A stretch of DNA of 61,982 nucleotides, filler included, from Sphacelaria rigidula (taxonomy: Eukaryota), in the NCBI GenBank assembly GCA_964200075.2. It is 9 parts of 9 records of this genome, joined end to end, with 100 filler letters (N's around TTAATTAATTAA, not from the genome) between each part and the next. Parts side by side here need not be neighbours in the genome. Positions count along the whole stretch, not along the records: positions 1 to 6,799 come from CAXNAA020018030.1; positions 6,900 to 13,698 come from CAXNAA020018031.1; 7 more parts are not named here. The stretch is one strand, 5' to 3'. Positions 1-11,472 of the stretch are shown one piece after another (positions within the stretch are counted from its first letter, which is position 1; each line of letters starts with the position of its first letter). The translations under genes were made by a program, and so were the position numbers. The notes under the pieces were generated by a model. It saw only the letters and a program-made list of their open reading frames with translations. It did no database searches and had not been told where the DNA came from.

Positions 1-900
1 TTTATTGGGCTATAAACAACACTCTCTTTACAACGTAGGTGCTCAACGCGTGCAGTCTCACGATCGAGAAAAAGTAGGTCAGCCAAAAAACGGCAATTTT
101 TCGCTTTTTTTCCCAGTAAGCATGGGGGATCCGGGAACACGAAAAATCGCGAAAAAACGTGAAAAAACGTGAAAAAAACGTGAAAATCGCAAAAAAAAAC
201 AGTGAGGATGGATACCCCTGTGACATGAACCTACGCACGCCCCATCAAACATATTTTCAGCATGTAATCGCTAGCGTTTGACGTAAAAACGTCCAAAAGT
301 GGTCAATATTGGGGTATACGTGGACCAAAAATGGGCCAAAATGGGCATATTTGGACATCATTTCAGTATAGACAAACAACTTTTTTTATTGGATTTGTTT
401 TGCGCCAGCTTCGTTGGCGTTTCATCTTTCGAACGAAGCCGGCTGAAGGATGCTCGAGTATGTTTGAATGCGCAAACAATTAAAAGCCCATAGACGCGCA
501 GACTTATGGGACAGAGGAAGTATACATGAACAGATGAAACCGACAGTAACCTACCCTACTAGTATAGTACAGCGTGTTGCCCAAACATGACGACCAGCCA
601 AGAGGCGGACAACGATAGACAGAATACGATGCTGTTGACATTGTTGTGTCAATAAACTGTCTGGTGACTTCCTATGGTATTGACAATTAGCCACTGCCTA
701 ACACCCCCCGACCAGAACATGCGCGAACGAAACCGCATCTGACAAATCTGGAGACTGCAGCCTCTCCTCTTTGACGGCGATTTCATCCCGCGGGTTGAGT
801 TTTCGGACCCCAGTCCGTTGGGCAACGTTTATCCGCCAGCTGAGAGAAATCCAGATACATTCACAGATTCTCCGAGGTTTAAATTCGGCATTTTTTCCTA

Positions 901-1006
901 CTGCTCAGATTGAGACAAGACCAAATGTACATGTACGAAAAACAGATCTGCGGTCTCATAATTCGCTCTTGTGCACGTATTCTCGTACTTGTCTCAAATT
1001 GAGCAG
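901..1006. mobile_element. Small Tc1/mariner-type MITE
   Basis: TIRs CTGCTCAGATTGAGACAAG / CTTGTCTCAAATTGAGCAG, flanked by TA on both sides (899-900, 1007-1008). Confidence 0.6.
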
Positions 1007-2689
1007 TAACGTGGAACATCAAACGTTAGCGTCCATAGTATCGGAGAAGTGATATGGTTTCCTCACAGCCAGGGCCAAATCTCATAAGAGTGGGGCGGCG
1101 CGTTTCCTGCGCCAAGCTGACGGGGGGTCATTGTGGGTTCAACGCCCATACAGCCTCGAGTAAAGCCTGACGAGTGCTCGAGGCGCCTGCCCTCTATGAC
1201 CGTTACATGGTGCTCTATCCGAGACTCCGGATAATCAGCACATTAACCCGCTCGCGGGGTAATTGCTGGGTGAGGTATCCTCCTTCCTTCGAGGGATAAA
1301 AAACAAAACCGGGCTGGGGCCTGAAAGCTCAGGCCGCGAGGTACAATCTCCTTCAGAGGTGCTGAACAGATTCGGCCCGACAACAACTGGTATTATGGGT
1401 CAAGCAACGTACCAGTATTTGTCAGTTTTGTATGGCACTCGCCACTACTGTATCTACTGATGACTCGCTTGTTTCGGAAATTGGTCAGATTCGGTTTTTC
1501 AACCATGTTGAATGCTAAAATGGCCGACACAGTCGCAATACAGTGGCTAATGCGAGCATACCTCATAAAAGTTCATGCAGGAGATGAATACCGCATCCGC
1601 CTCTCTTCTGACACCCAGCAGAAACAACGGCCACGCAAAGAACAGTTTTATGGACTTGAGCAGGCCGGACGTGTGAGGCAGCATGGCAGGCCTTGACGAG
1701 GATGCCAGCTCCTTGTCATCCGCGTCCATCAACGTTGTTTGAACCTGATAGTGAGCACGGACAAAAAGATAGGGATATGGGCTCGCGTGGGTGTGAGAGG
1801 TAGGTCTTGGCTACGTACTTCAGAGGTTCGCATCCATTGGCCGTTTTCTCAAGCGTTGTGTACCATACACGGAGTCGCGGAGGCGTTTTGTTGTACAGTA
1901 CTCAATAGACGCCTATACATTTGGGGAGGGGAATGGTGCAAACCGGGCGCCTTTGTGTTCGGGTCCCAAACCGATCCCTGGGGAAACGATGTATTTCCCT
2001 TGTGTTTCCCTGTCGTTTCCCGCGTACTGACGGGATGATACATCACGCATCATGCCTACGCGTATTGTTCACGTATGGTCGGCGTGATGTATGTGCATGT
2101 TTTCTCACCCTTCCAGCTTGGTGGCGAAGCTTCACGATGACGGTTGCTGTTGCCACACTCATCATCTTGGATCGAACATGCACAACTCCCCAAGGCATTG
2201 AACCACTCTCCAAATCGGAGCAGCAAGTCCATTGTGACAATGGCCGAGGGAGCGTATTGACATCAAATAATCCCCGCCTCGAATTTGTCTACAGGCGAAA
2301 ATAGTTGCGCGGGGTATCTCCAGTGGTTGCTCATTCGAACATCGCGCAAACATGAAATTGAAGGGTCGGATCGCCACATGCCCGTCGGTCGGTGACTCTA
2401 CCGTAGTTTATCGTACCGTGAGGCCGGTACATTGCTGTAGCGTGGGCTGCAGCCGGTACTGGCTATCAAGTGCCTCGAGAACGGACTTAATGCCAGCACA
2501 ACGCCAGCGCAAGGGCCATCATAACGCATGCGGGGTTGATCGCGGGTCAGCGTGACGTGGGGAAAACAAACGCCAAGCTCGATCCCACCCTGAGAACATC
2601 AATCAGTAGCCGTGGCAGACAGCACGCTGCTTGCAGCAACTGCGTGCTTCTGCTTCTCAAAAGGTGAGAGATGTGCGGTATGTTGGCTT

Positions 2690-2730
2690 CTAACACTAAC
2701 CTTAAGCCAACCCCTAACCCTAACCCTAAC
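2690..2730 (+). repeat. Interstitial telomere-like (CCCTAA)n tract
   Basis: taacactaaccttaagccaacccctaaccctaaccctaac; related tracts at about 4610 and 61207. Confidence 0.65.
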
Positions 2731-3081
2731 GAGGCATATATTGACGCCATCGCAATGGGATAAACTTAATACTTCGCTGAACTCACTTCATTGAAACAAT
2801 TCTACTCCGATTTCAAGAGACGGTGCGGATACACGTAGAGGCCGTAATGTCAGTATTAAGGTATACCTAAGTCCATATCGACGTATATGCTTGGGATGCT
2901 GTTCCCCCCACATGGATCCAGGAACGTTCCTCAAGTATTCGCGTGGGTGACGTCGGTTCATGAAAGTTCCGTTACCGAGTTATGACCTTGATCCTGGGAA
3001 AGGATCGCCCCACCAGATCCGGATCCCACGTGTCCCACTCTGACTCATAAACTTCTGCACTTACACTCACATGAACCGAAC

Positions 3082-3220
3082 AATTTCAACCTCCGTTCAT
3101 TCTCGTACAAATATGTTCTCATTGTTCAGAATCCCTTGCTAACACGGGACTTTACAAATTGTGGGTATTTGATGTTTTCGGATGGGCGAGGCACATAACA
3201 TATCACGGCCGGATAGTGCA
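3082..3220. mobile_element. Truncated copy of the MITE family at 58826-59042
   Basis: Shares the internal segment aatttcaacct.cgttcatt.. and the terminus cacggccggatagtgca. Confidence 0.6.
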
Positions 3221-4609
3221 TTTGCATTCTGTTTTCAAAATATTTCGATGCTTACGAAGGTTCGTTCTTGCAAAAATACATCATTTGTTTTTTAATCCCT
3301 TGTTAGTCAAGGCTGCAGTTCTTTCTGGGCAACAATTGCGTGAATTACGGATCGCATTCGCCACATGTGGGCTTCCGAACTTCGGCAACGCCTCCGCGAA
3401 CAGGAGAACCGAACGCAACACAGGGACCGCAGAACCCATGGCCGACAGTCTAGTGCATCGTAATAACCTCGTCACCCCGTTCATGACCATCCGATTACTG
3501 TTAAATTGTGGTGTTTCCTGAAATGCCTGTGCCGTACTGAAGCATACCGTCCGTGCTGTCTACGGTGCAGGCATTTCAGACGAAGCGTTTTCGGCCGTTG
3601 GAATGACCTCGGGGAAAGTTGATCAACCACGTTGTGTTCCGACTTCGATCCAAGAACAAGTAAAAACATTCTCCTCAAACTACTCATCTTCCATCTTTTA
3701 TTTCTGATTTCGAATCAGTGAGTCCAAATCAATCTTTACTCCTGATTTAGAGGTATCTTTTCTTATATTCCGATGAACAACATTACGGTACTTTCCGGTT
3801 CATTGCCCAGGAATTTGGAATAAAGCATTTTGCACAGGAAACTGCCATACTCAGCGCGGCTACGCGATGTGTGTGATGTGTGTGTGACCATGCCTCTCGT
3901 GTGCTGGCCTCGTGAACGACCACGACTTTTTTCTAGGAATCAAGGAACGTTGGGTTGTGCCTTGGGCTGTTCAACAGAACCGGTTCTGCGGGCTGGTTCA
4001 GAGAGCTCAGTTCCCGAAAATTCAGAAGCGAGGACAATATGTTCTGAGGTGTTCCTTCAATGATCATGACTTAGAAGTGAAGCGCTTATTTGTGTGATGG
4101 AAGATTTACGTCGTTGGATATCGGAATCCTCAGCTTTTCTCAACTATGCCAGTCGGACCTTCATTCCTATAGTTGGCATCTCATAGCGTGACACGCCTCC
4201 TAACGCGCCCACTTGTGCTTCAACAACGCGGAACAAATACCGAAAGACTCACAACGGGTTATGCTTCTCGAATACATCTATTTGGTCTTACTGCTGGCCG
4301 GGTCGCGTAGCTAATAATCATCCCGATCCTAATGGCAACCGGTAAAAACAGCACAAACTTGCCTTGAGGGCAGTATTCCCATCGCGACATGATAATATCG
4401 TTGGACTGATATGTTGACTGGACCGTCTACCCTTTCGGCACAGCGACATGAAGAAAAAGCCCTCAGCCACGATCGTATTGCTTGTCGGGGGTCTCTCTTG
4501 GTGCAGAAGCGCTGGTAGACCCGCGTGTATCGGGTATAAAGTCAGAAAAGGCAACCTAGAGTTTTGGTCGTATATCTATGGTTGATTTTTTCAAACAAAC
4601 TAACAATGA

Positions 4610-4680
4610 CGCCAACCTTAACCCTGACTCTAACGCCGACCCAAGGCGTACGAGACCCTCGGGCAAGGGGGGTGCATAGG
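4610..4680 (+). repeat. Dispersed repeat with degenerate telomeric hexamers
   Basis: Matches 61205-61280 (..taac..ccaaggc.ta..ctcgggcaaggggggtgca). Confidence 0.65.
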
Positions 4681-6726
4681 TTCCCCTGCGCGAGGTGTGC
4701 GTTGGCAGACCTGAAATCGACGCCGCAGGCGCCGATTTCGACAAAGACACGTTCTGAACGAGCTGGGTCCACCGCTCACCTGCCTCAAATCATCAAGTTT
4801 CTCAGAATCTTCCCAAGTCTTAAATCAAGTAGTCATGTTGTCAACCATATATCTAAGACCAAAGCTTTAGGTATACTGAGTAAGAGACGGGGTACCCGAT
4901 ACGTTTCGACCAAGCACTCGCTCAAACGATTCAAATTTGTTTAATATATTCAAAAACAAGTGGACAGCCGATCACAACGTAAAGCTCTCGAGCAGTCAAG
5001 CTGTCCGAAACCCCAAACAAAGAAACAATAAGACAAGGAATTGGGAAATATTCGGCGCTTTTCTTGTGCATGGTGCTGATGATGATGTTGATAATCATGA
5101 TCAACAAGGCGATGGTGAACTCTGATTTTCGAGGCGAACGATTGCCCAAGACGCTCATCAATCTCCCGTATGGAGTCTGCATTCACCTTGTAAAATCGTG
5201 AGTCTATGCTACTAGGCCTGAACCTATCCCGTTTCCATACCGCCCCCACCTACATGAAATCTATGATGCACGGACATCACTCGCCATACTTGTGTTTCGG
5301 ACAACAAAAGTACCAATCTCAGTTCACCGGAGTAATGCTCCAAACGTGTAGACATCCGCCACACCACAGGAAGTACATCGGAACGTGTCGAAAAATGAGC
5401 ACAAGCACACTACAGTAAAAATCGTACCATGAACACGCCCACTCGGCGATTGATGAGGGAAGTAGGCATGGAAAGCTCCAGCCCTATCTCGTAGTGCTGA
5501 CCTGGCTTAAGCACCCTGCATCGCGAAACAGATAGAGACAGGTCGAAGGGGGCATAGCTCGACTAACATCGGACGTTTGTGCCGATTCTTTTCCCACACG
5601 CGCACAAGGACTTTGAAATCCTGGCATACCTCGTCAATGACGGACCTCACGCTTTGTTTTCCCGACAAATGTGCTACTTTCATGACGGTTGCAGCGATAG
5701 CTGTAAGCCTCTGCATTACAAACGACGTCATGACTTCGCCCGGTAAGAAAACAGGCGGTGTGTACTTCAAATCCAAGCAAGTGAGGGGTTGGACCTATTA
5801 CTAGTGTGATAGTTGAGCTCCACTTGATCGAAGATCATAACAGACTAGAACTACACATGGGGTAGGATGTACAGCGAGTTTTTTTAGTCTAACCGCGATT
5901 ATTGTAAGCCAGATAATCCGAACCCATGCAGTCCCCGGAAAAGGCACAAATTGGACTGAGCCCGTGGTGTTGCCTCGAGACCACCACGTCCCTGTAGACC
6001 GAGAAAGTAGAAAATAGTCAGGTTACACATCCAGTAACGCGGTGCGTCAGTATGCTACCGCAATTCTTGCGGCTGTCTTCACGGCGATCTCGGGAACGAC
6101 TGCTGCCCACAATCAGGGGCAGAGCAAGTAGGTGAGCTTTGCTGGGACGGGGAGTCCCAAGATATGATACTCCTTGACCGGTGCTGGATATGTTGACGTG
6201 TTGCCCCCATCACCCATACTGGGTGTCGTCGGAAGTTTGCTGTGGGCAAGCACGAGCTTGCTAGTGTGTGCGTGTGTGTGTGTTGTCGTCCCATTTATTC
6301 TGGGCGCCAGTCTACCCCTTTCGAGATATGTGGGCGCATCAGCCGGGGTCACACAAAGTGTGTTATGCAGTTCAGACTCCAGCACACAATTCCTGCGCCG
6401 TGTGCTCCCCGAACTGAGACGTTGTACACTTAGAAAGAAAGTGCGGGAATAGAATAATGAAGCAATACGAATTGTGCCAGTGAATAATGCACCGGGTTTA
6501 TTCACAAAAACAGCGTCCGCCTTTCGTGTATTTATGACTGAACTCTCAACAGCCTGACAGATGCACATCAACAAGAACTAGCGATTACTGGGAAAACTCC
6601 ATGGGCGAATGGGCGCCAGGCTATGCAGATAACCATGCACATGGAAGGTTTCCAACAGCTTTGAGGGTAAAACGCCAACCAGTATCATCCGCTATAACAC
6701 CACTGTCGATTGGCGGTCATACAGCG

Positions 6727-6799
6727 CCGCCGCGCCCCGGTGGTGTAATGGTTCGACTGTCGTCATTAGGGTGGAGAAAACGGAGGTTCGATTCCCGAT
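6727..6799 (+). mobile_element. tRNA-derived SINE head, cut by the contig end
   Basis: A-box TGGTGTAATGG and B-box GGTTCGATTCC; homologous to the 5' ends at 20133 and 59542. Confidence 0.75.
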
Positions 6800-6899
6800 N
6801 NNNNNNNNNNNNNNNNNNNNNNNNNNNNNNNNNNNNNNNNNNNTTAATTAATTAANNNNNNNNNNNNNNNNNNNNNNNNNNNNNNNNNNNNNNNNNNNN
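6800..6899. other. Artificial contig linker (N44-TTAATTAATTAA-N44)
   Basis: 100-nt spacer with a six-frame stop palindrome; identical copies recur about every 6.9 kb. Confidence 0.98.
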
Positions 6900-8084
6900 G
6901 GTGAGCCTACGTCTGTGACCACGGGTTCGCGAGATCGGACTAATGTGCGGAAATAATAATAAACCCGTTGCCTTCATCCAGGCCGCTCTCGCCCAGCGGG
7001 CCACTTTCGCCAACGTACAGATAATCGAAATGAATCACCTCACCGGGCCGTGTGCCATGCACTGTCTCCCCTAGTGGCCGCGAGACCATCTCACCCGCTT
7101 TCGAGTCCACACAATGCAAGCATTTCCTCACAAAATCCGTCACATAAGCTTCCATCTGAAACCGACAGCAATACTCTTGCAGCCGCTGCAGTGTCGCCAC
7201 AACACCCCAATGACCCGCCTCTTTCATGTGAGCACACACCATCAAGCGTGTTTGCAGCTCTTTTGCTTGTGGCGGGATCCACAACACATTCCGCCCTGCT
7301 ACATGCACGCGAAACAAACCCTCACCGTCTTTTGAAACTCGCCCAACAGCTGCTGCAAAGGTAGGGGCTCCAGCATCCATCACTCCAAACCCGGCCTGAG
7401 CCTGCGCTTGGGCCTCACGAATAGCGTTCTTCGACGGCAGCGTTTCATCAGGCTGACCGCTCGCAAACACGGCCGCAGCACGTACAGACACCGCCGGAAC
7501 GTTTACCCACCTTGACAATAAATCTCCCAAGCAGCTGCGCTCACCAGCAATGTGCCTGATGGAGTAATCATACTGCCCGAGCACGGCCTTCCATTGCTCG
7601 AGCCTCTGGGCAGCAGTCTTGGACACGGATGCAACGCACGCCTCGGTGTTCAAGATATATGCGAGGTTACGATGATCGGTAAAGATATGTACCCCACCCC
7701 AGAGAAGATACTCCAACCTACGAAAAGTACTTACGATTGCATAGCCTTCCTCGTCCACCGTAGCCCACCGAACCTGCGCTCCACGAAACGTTCCGCTAAG
7801 AACTCTCATCGGCTCACGGCTCATGTCTTCCACCGCCAATATACCACCCAGCTCATCCTCGGGCATCTGCGTGATAAAACTGCCCCAGTGTAGTCCGATG
7901 CGTCTGGAAACATGAGAACCTCATACCCCTGCTTGGGATTGGACAGAGCGACGGCATGCGCCACCAAAGCTTGCGCCTCGTGCCACACCTGAGCATGCCT
8001 GGACGTCCATGCTGACTCCTCGATTGTCCGGTTTGATGCCACCCGCTTGGTACGGTGCACGTTCCCCTGCATGTGTCCCTCCAG
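6900..8084 (-). pseudogene. Gypsy RNase H and integrase N-terminal region, split by frameshifts
   Basis: MFPDASD, EEGYAIV, IFTDHRNL, HIAGE, AHMKEAGHWG...CLHC zinc finger, VIHFDYL; ORFs 7821..8072 and 6940..7866 are in different frames. Confidence 0.9.
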
Positions 8085-8879
8085 TTATACCCGCAGCGGC
8101 TCCACCACCTCCGCCAGACGCGGCAGGGACGTTCTCAGCCAGTTTACCGCCTGCAGGAACTGCATAAGCTCGCCTGCTGTGCGCGGGCGTCTAAGATTGG
8201 CCAACCCGTTCAGTCTCTCGCGATCATGAGCCACTTGACCACCTGAAAAAACCTTTCCGCACCACGTGATCTGTGTGTCGTAGAACATGCACTTGTGCGC
8301 AGCCGCAAATCGACCAGCACCCTCCAAACGACCCAAACTCTCGTCAAGTGTACACAAAAGATCATCCTCATCTTTACCCCACCACAAGACATCATCCACC
8401 CATACTTTGCACTGAAGTCCGGCCAATAATCGTGTCATGATGCCCTGAGAGTACCCCGTCGCATTCAACACCCCATGCGGCACCCGTGTGGGGGTAGACA
8501 GACCTTCGGGAGTCGCGATCGTGAATATTTCTTGTGCATCAGCCGCCAACGGCATCTGCCAGTACCCCTGCAGCATATCAGTCTTGCCAAAATACGCAGC
8601 GCCCAGCAGGTCGATCATCTCCGCCTCGTGGTTAGGCATAACATTGGGAACCTTCTCAATCTGCTTGTTTACCGCGCGATAATCACTCACCAGTCGATAA
8701 CCGCCCTTCTTCGGCGTCGCCATGGCCGCACTCGCCCACACCGCCTGTAAGCTGCGAAAGACTAGCCCAAGCGCCACCAGCGTTGCCATACATCCCGCTA
8801 ACCACGTTGCCTTTACAGGGGAATACACCCGCGGGCTCGCCTTGACTGCCCTAGCCCCAGGTTTGAATCTCACCTTCAA
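8085..8879 (-). pseudogene. Gypsy reverse transcriptase domain
   Basis: YRLVSDYRAVNK, DMLQGYWQ, PHGVLNA, VWVDDVL, LMQFL. Confidence 0.92.
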
Positions 8880-8884
8880 GGGCT

Positions 8885-9772
8885 CTACTCGAGCAGGCGG
8901 ATCACGGCACAGTGCTCGCCGAAAAGCGTTGACACGGGCCCAACAACCTCCCGAAGCTTATCAACGCCGCTCGCCGACATACCCTTGTCCGCAGCCGCCT
9001 GCACTGCACGATCCAGTGCAACACGGCGCTCTGCCAGCTCCTCCTCTGGATTCATGTCCATCTCGGGACCATGCGATATCAATCGCGCAACGGAGGGATC
9101 CACAGGCGCCTTTTGTCCACCTGGATCCTGTAACGCCTCAATCGCAATTCTCACACGCCTACATTCTCGGAATTCAGGCGTATCTACACCTCTCTCCAAC
9201 GCGTGTCTTGAGCGTGCGCATGCGTCCAGCCCACTGTACACGTCAATGCCCATGGCTTCCAGCGTACCGCTCCCGAGGATTACCACATCATCGGCACCTG
9301 GCATAACTGCATAGTGACACGGATTCAACACCACCGGCCCCCAGCTGGTGTGCAGAGCGGTCCGCACTAGGCACGTCTTCGACTGCATACTCCGTACATT
9401 ACCATCAGCTAGTTTCACCGGGTGTGCACGAGCCATACTAGTGACAACGGACACATCAGGGGACACTGCTTGCAACTCGGCCGCCACTTTTTCGGACATG
9501 ATAGTGATGCCAGCCCCCGAGTCCAAAACTGCAGTAACAGGGCAGACGTTCTTGACAGTGGAACCTGGAACGGACAAGTCTGCCCTGCAGCATCGCTGCT
9601 TGCGGTCAACTATTACACCCTCAGTCTGTAAATCTGCAACCTCAGCGGTGTGCAGACCCCGCCATAGACTGCTGCCGAGATAGCCCCCCCCCCGAACCGG
9701 CCCAAAACGTGCAGGGAGGCGATGATCATAAATGCCGTTTGAGTTGGTTTCGTGCTGCACGACGCGACGCAT
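8885..9772 (-). pseudogene. Gypsy aspartic protease region
   Basis: AVLDSGA catalytic motif, VKLADG flap, DVVILG. Confidence 0.88.
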
Positions 9773-10084
9773 TTGGGCGTTATAGCTGAATTCGGACTGC
9801 TACACGCCTCTCATGTGGGAGAAATTGCTGCAAACGAGTGCAAAAGTGGAATCGAAGCCGATTTGTCGGAAGGTATCCGGTGCACTTTTTGTGGGGGTGC
9901 TATCTCGGCATTAGTCCATACCGGGGTTGTCTGAGACGTCCACTCCTGAGCCGGTCCCGCCGCCAGTTGGGTTTGAGCTGCAGGAGCTGGAGCGGAAGGC
10001 TAGGGCGGCACCATGCTATCCGCACTATTCGCACCCCCTTGCGTTCCATCCCCTGGGAAAACAGCCCGGGTGGGAGCAGGACCT

Positions 10085-10111
10085 TTACCGCCCCCCCCGC
10101 TGACCATGGAC

Positions 10112-10186
<75 letters not shown>

Positions 10187-11142
10187 CTTTGCTTGCCCAC
10201 CGGACGCACTCACCGCGGCCGCAGGTGTGCTCTGTTTGTGACAGTCCTTCTTGTAGTGGCCCTTATCGCCACACTCAAAACAACCTGCATAGCTCGGACC
10301 AGGTTTGTGGGGCTTTTTCGAGCTCTTACCGCCACTACCTGCGCCGCCAGTACCTGCTGCGCTGGCCGCAGCCGCGGCGCCGGCACGCGATGCCAAGGTT
10401 TTTGAGCCTGTGAGCCGCTTTTTTGCCTAAGTTGCGGTTGCTGTCGGCGGTGTTTGTCAACCTCCTCAACAGTTTTCCATTGTTCCGCCAAGTCACGAGC
10501 AACCTCATAGACCACTTTCGGGCTCTCTTTCCAGTCTCTTTTCATAAAAAGTATATTTTGAACTTTATTTTTGAACTCAGGTGGGGTCAGGCCGGCGACC
10601 ATAGCTCTGGTAATAATGTGTGCTGACCCAGCCCTGAACGTACGGTCAGATTCAAGGAAAACGCACTCGGCACCTACGTTTTCCGCAAAGTACTCCTGTA
10701 ATGAACTCCTTTGCCCTTCTACTCGACCCATTGCAGTTGGTTCAGACCGTGCAGCAAGGGCCTTTTTCACGCCTGCTGCAGCTTCGGAAGGATCAAGTTC
10801 CATATCGATCCAGCATTTGGCATGGCGTGCAATCCCTTGCTGCAATTCGTCTTCGTCGAGTGGCGACCCGTCAACGATGGTGGCAGACACGCAGTTCTGG
10901 ATGTGCTTTGGCACCAACTCTTGCATGGTCAAGAGTGCGCACTTTACCGACCGGCCTTGGTTACGTTTCCCCACTGCCTCCTCATAGTCGCGACACCTTT
11001 GGTAAAAGCGTCTGGAAGCTTGCTCACTGAATACTCGCCCATATTCGGGCAATTTCAAGGATCCACCCAATGTCAATTCGGTAACTGCAAACTTCACCTC
11101 ATCAACCGTCTCGCTGGTGCCCCCTTTCCTTCGCGCTGCCAT
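10085..11142 (-). pseudogene. Gypsy gag with CCHC zinc knuckle and a polyP/polyQ tract; frameshift near 10400
   Basis: ORF 10210..11142 followed by CFECGDKGHYKKDC in another frame; (CCG)n/(CAG)n at about 10117-10185. Confidence 0.85.
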
Positions 11143-11158
11143 CCTCCCAACAGACTAC

Positions 11159-11472
11159 TGTCACCGTAGTTGCCTTGGATTCGTGTGGCCAGCACCTCTC
11201 TCTACGCCGCTCCTGTGCCCCCTGCTATTCAACGTGAGCGTCCTCACTTTTTACAAACAGTCGGGTGCGACGTCCAAAACCCAATTCAGAAACGACAAGT
11301 TTCCTGAACAAACGTTTATTGTGAACCTACCTGCAATCAGGACAAGGTTACAGTGCTGCTCCACAGGCTTCCTCCCAGTCACGGGCTCCAGAGACTTCAA
11401 GACTTCAAGCAGTTATACAAACGGCAGTCTTCGTTAACCGGAAGTAAGCTTCACGGGCTTTCCTCACGAACA
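11159..11472 (-). repeat. Putative 5' LTR of the Gypsy element
   Basis: Minus strand TGTTCGTGAG...CTACGGTGACA, TATA-like ttgtataac and AATAAA; no second LTR available to confirm the boundaries. Confidence 0.45.

Larger units (their letters stand above)
6900..11472 (-). mobile_element. Ty3/Gypsy LTR retrotransposon, frameshifted, 3' end cut by the contig edge
   Basis: Domain order gag (CCHC) - PR (LDSGA) - RT (DYRAVN, WVDD) - RNase H (PDASD, TDHRNL) - IN (HHCC, IHFDY). Confidence 0.95.

Noticed and set aside
6727-6799. tRNA gene
   Set aside because: A and B boxes are present but there is no credible cloverleaf or acceptor stem, and homologues continue into a SINE body.
6844-6855. TTAATTAATTAA palindrome as a biological site
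   Set aside because: It is an assembly linker embedded in Ns.
8722-11169. Plus-strand ORFs over the Gypsy element
   Set aside because: They are antisense shadows of GC-rich coding sequence.
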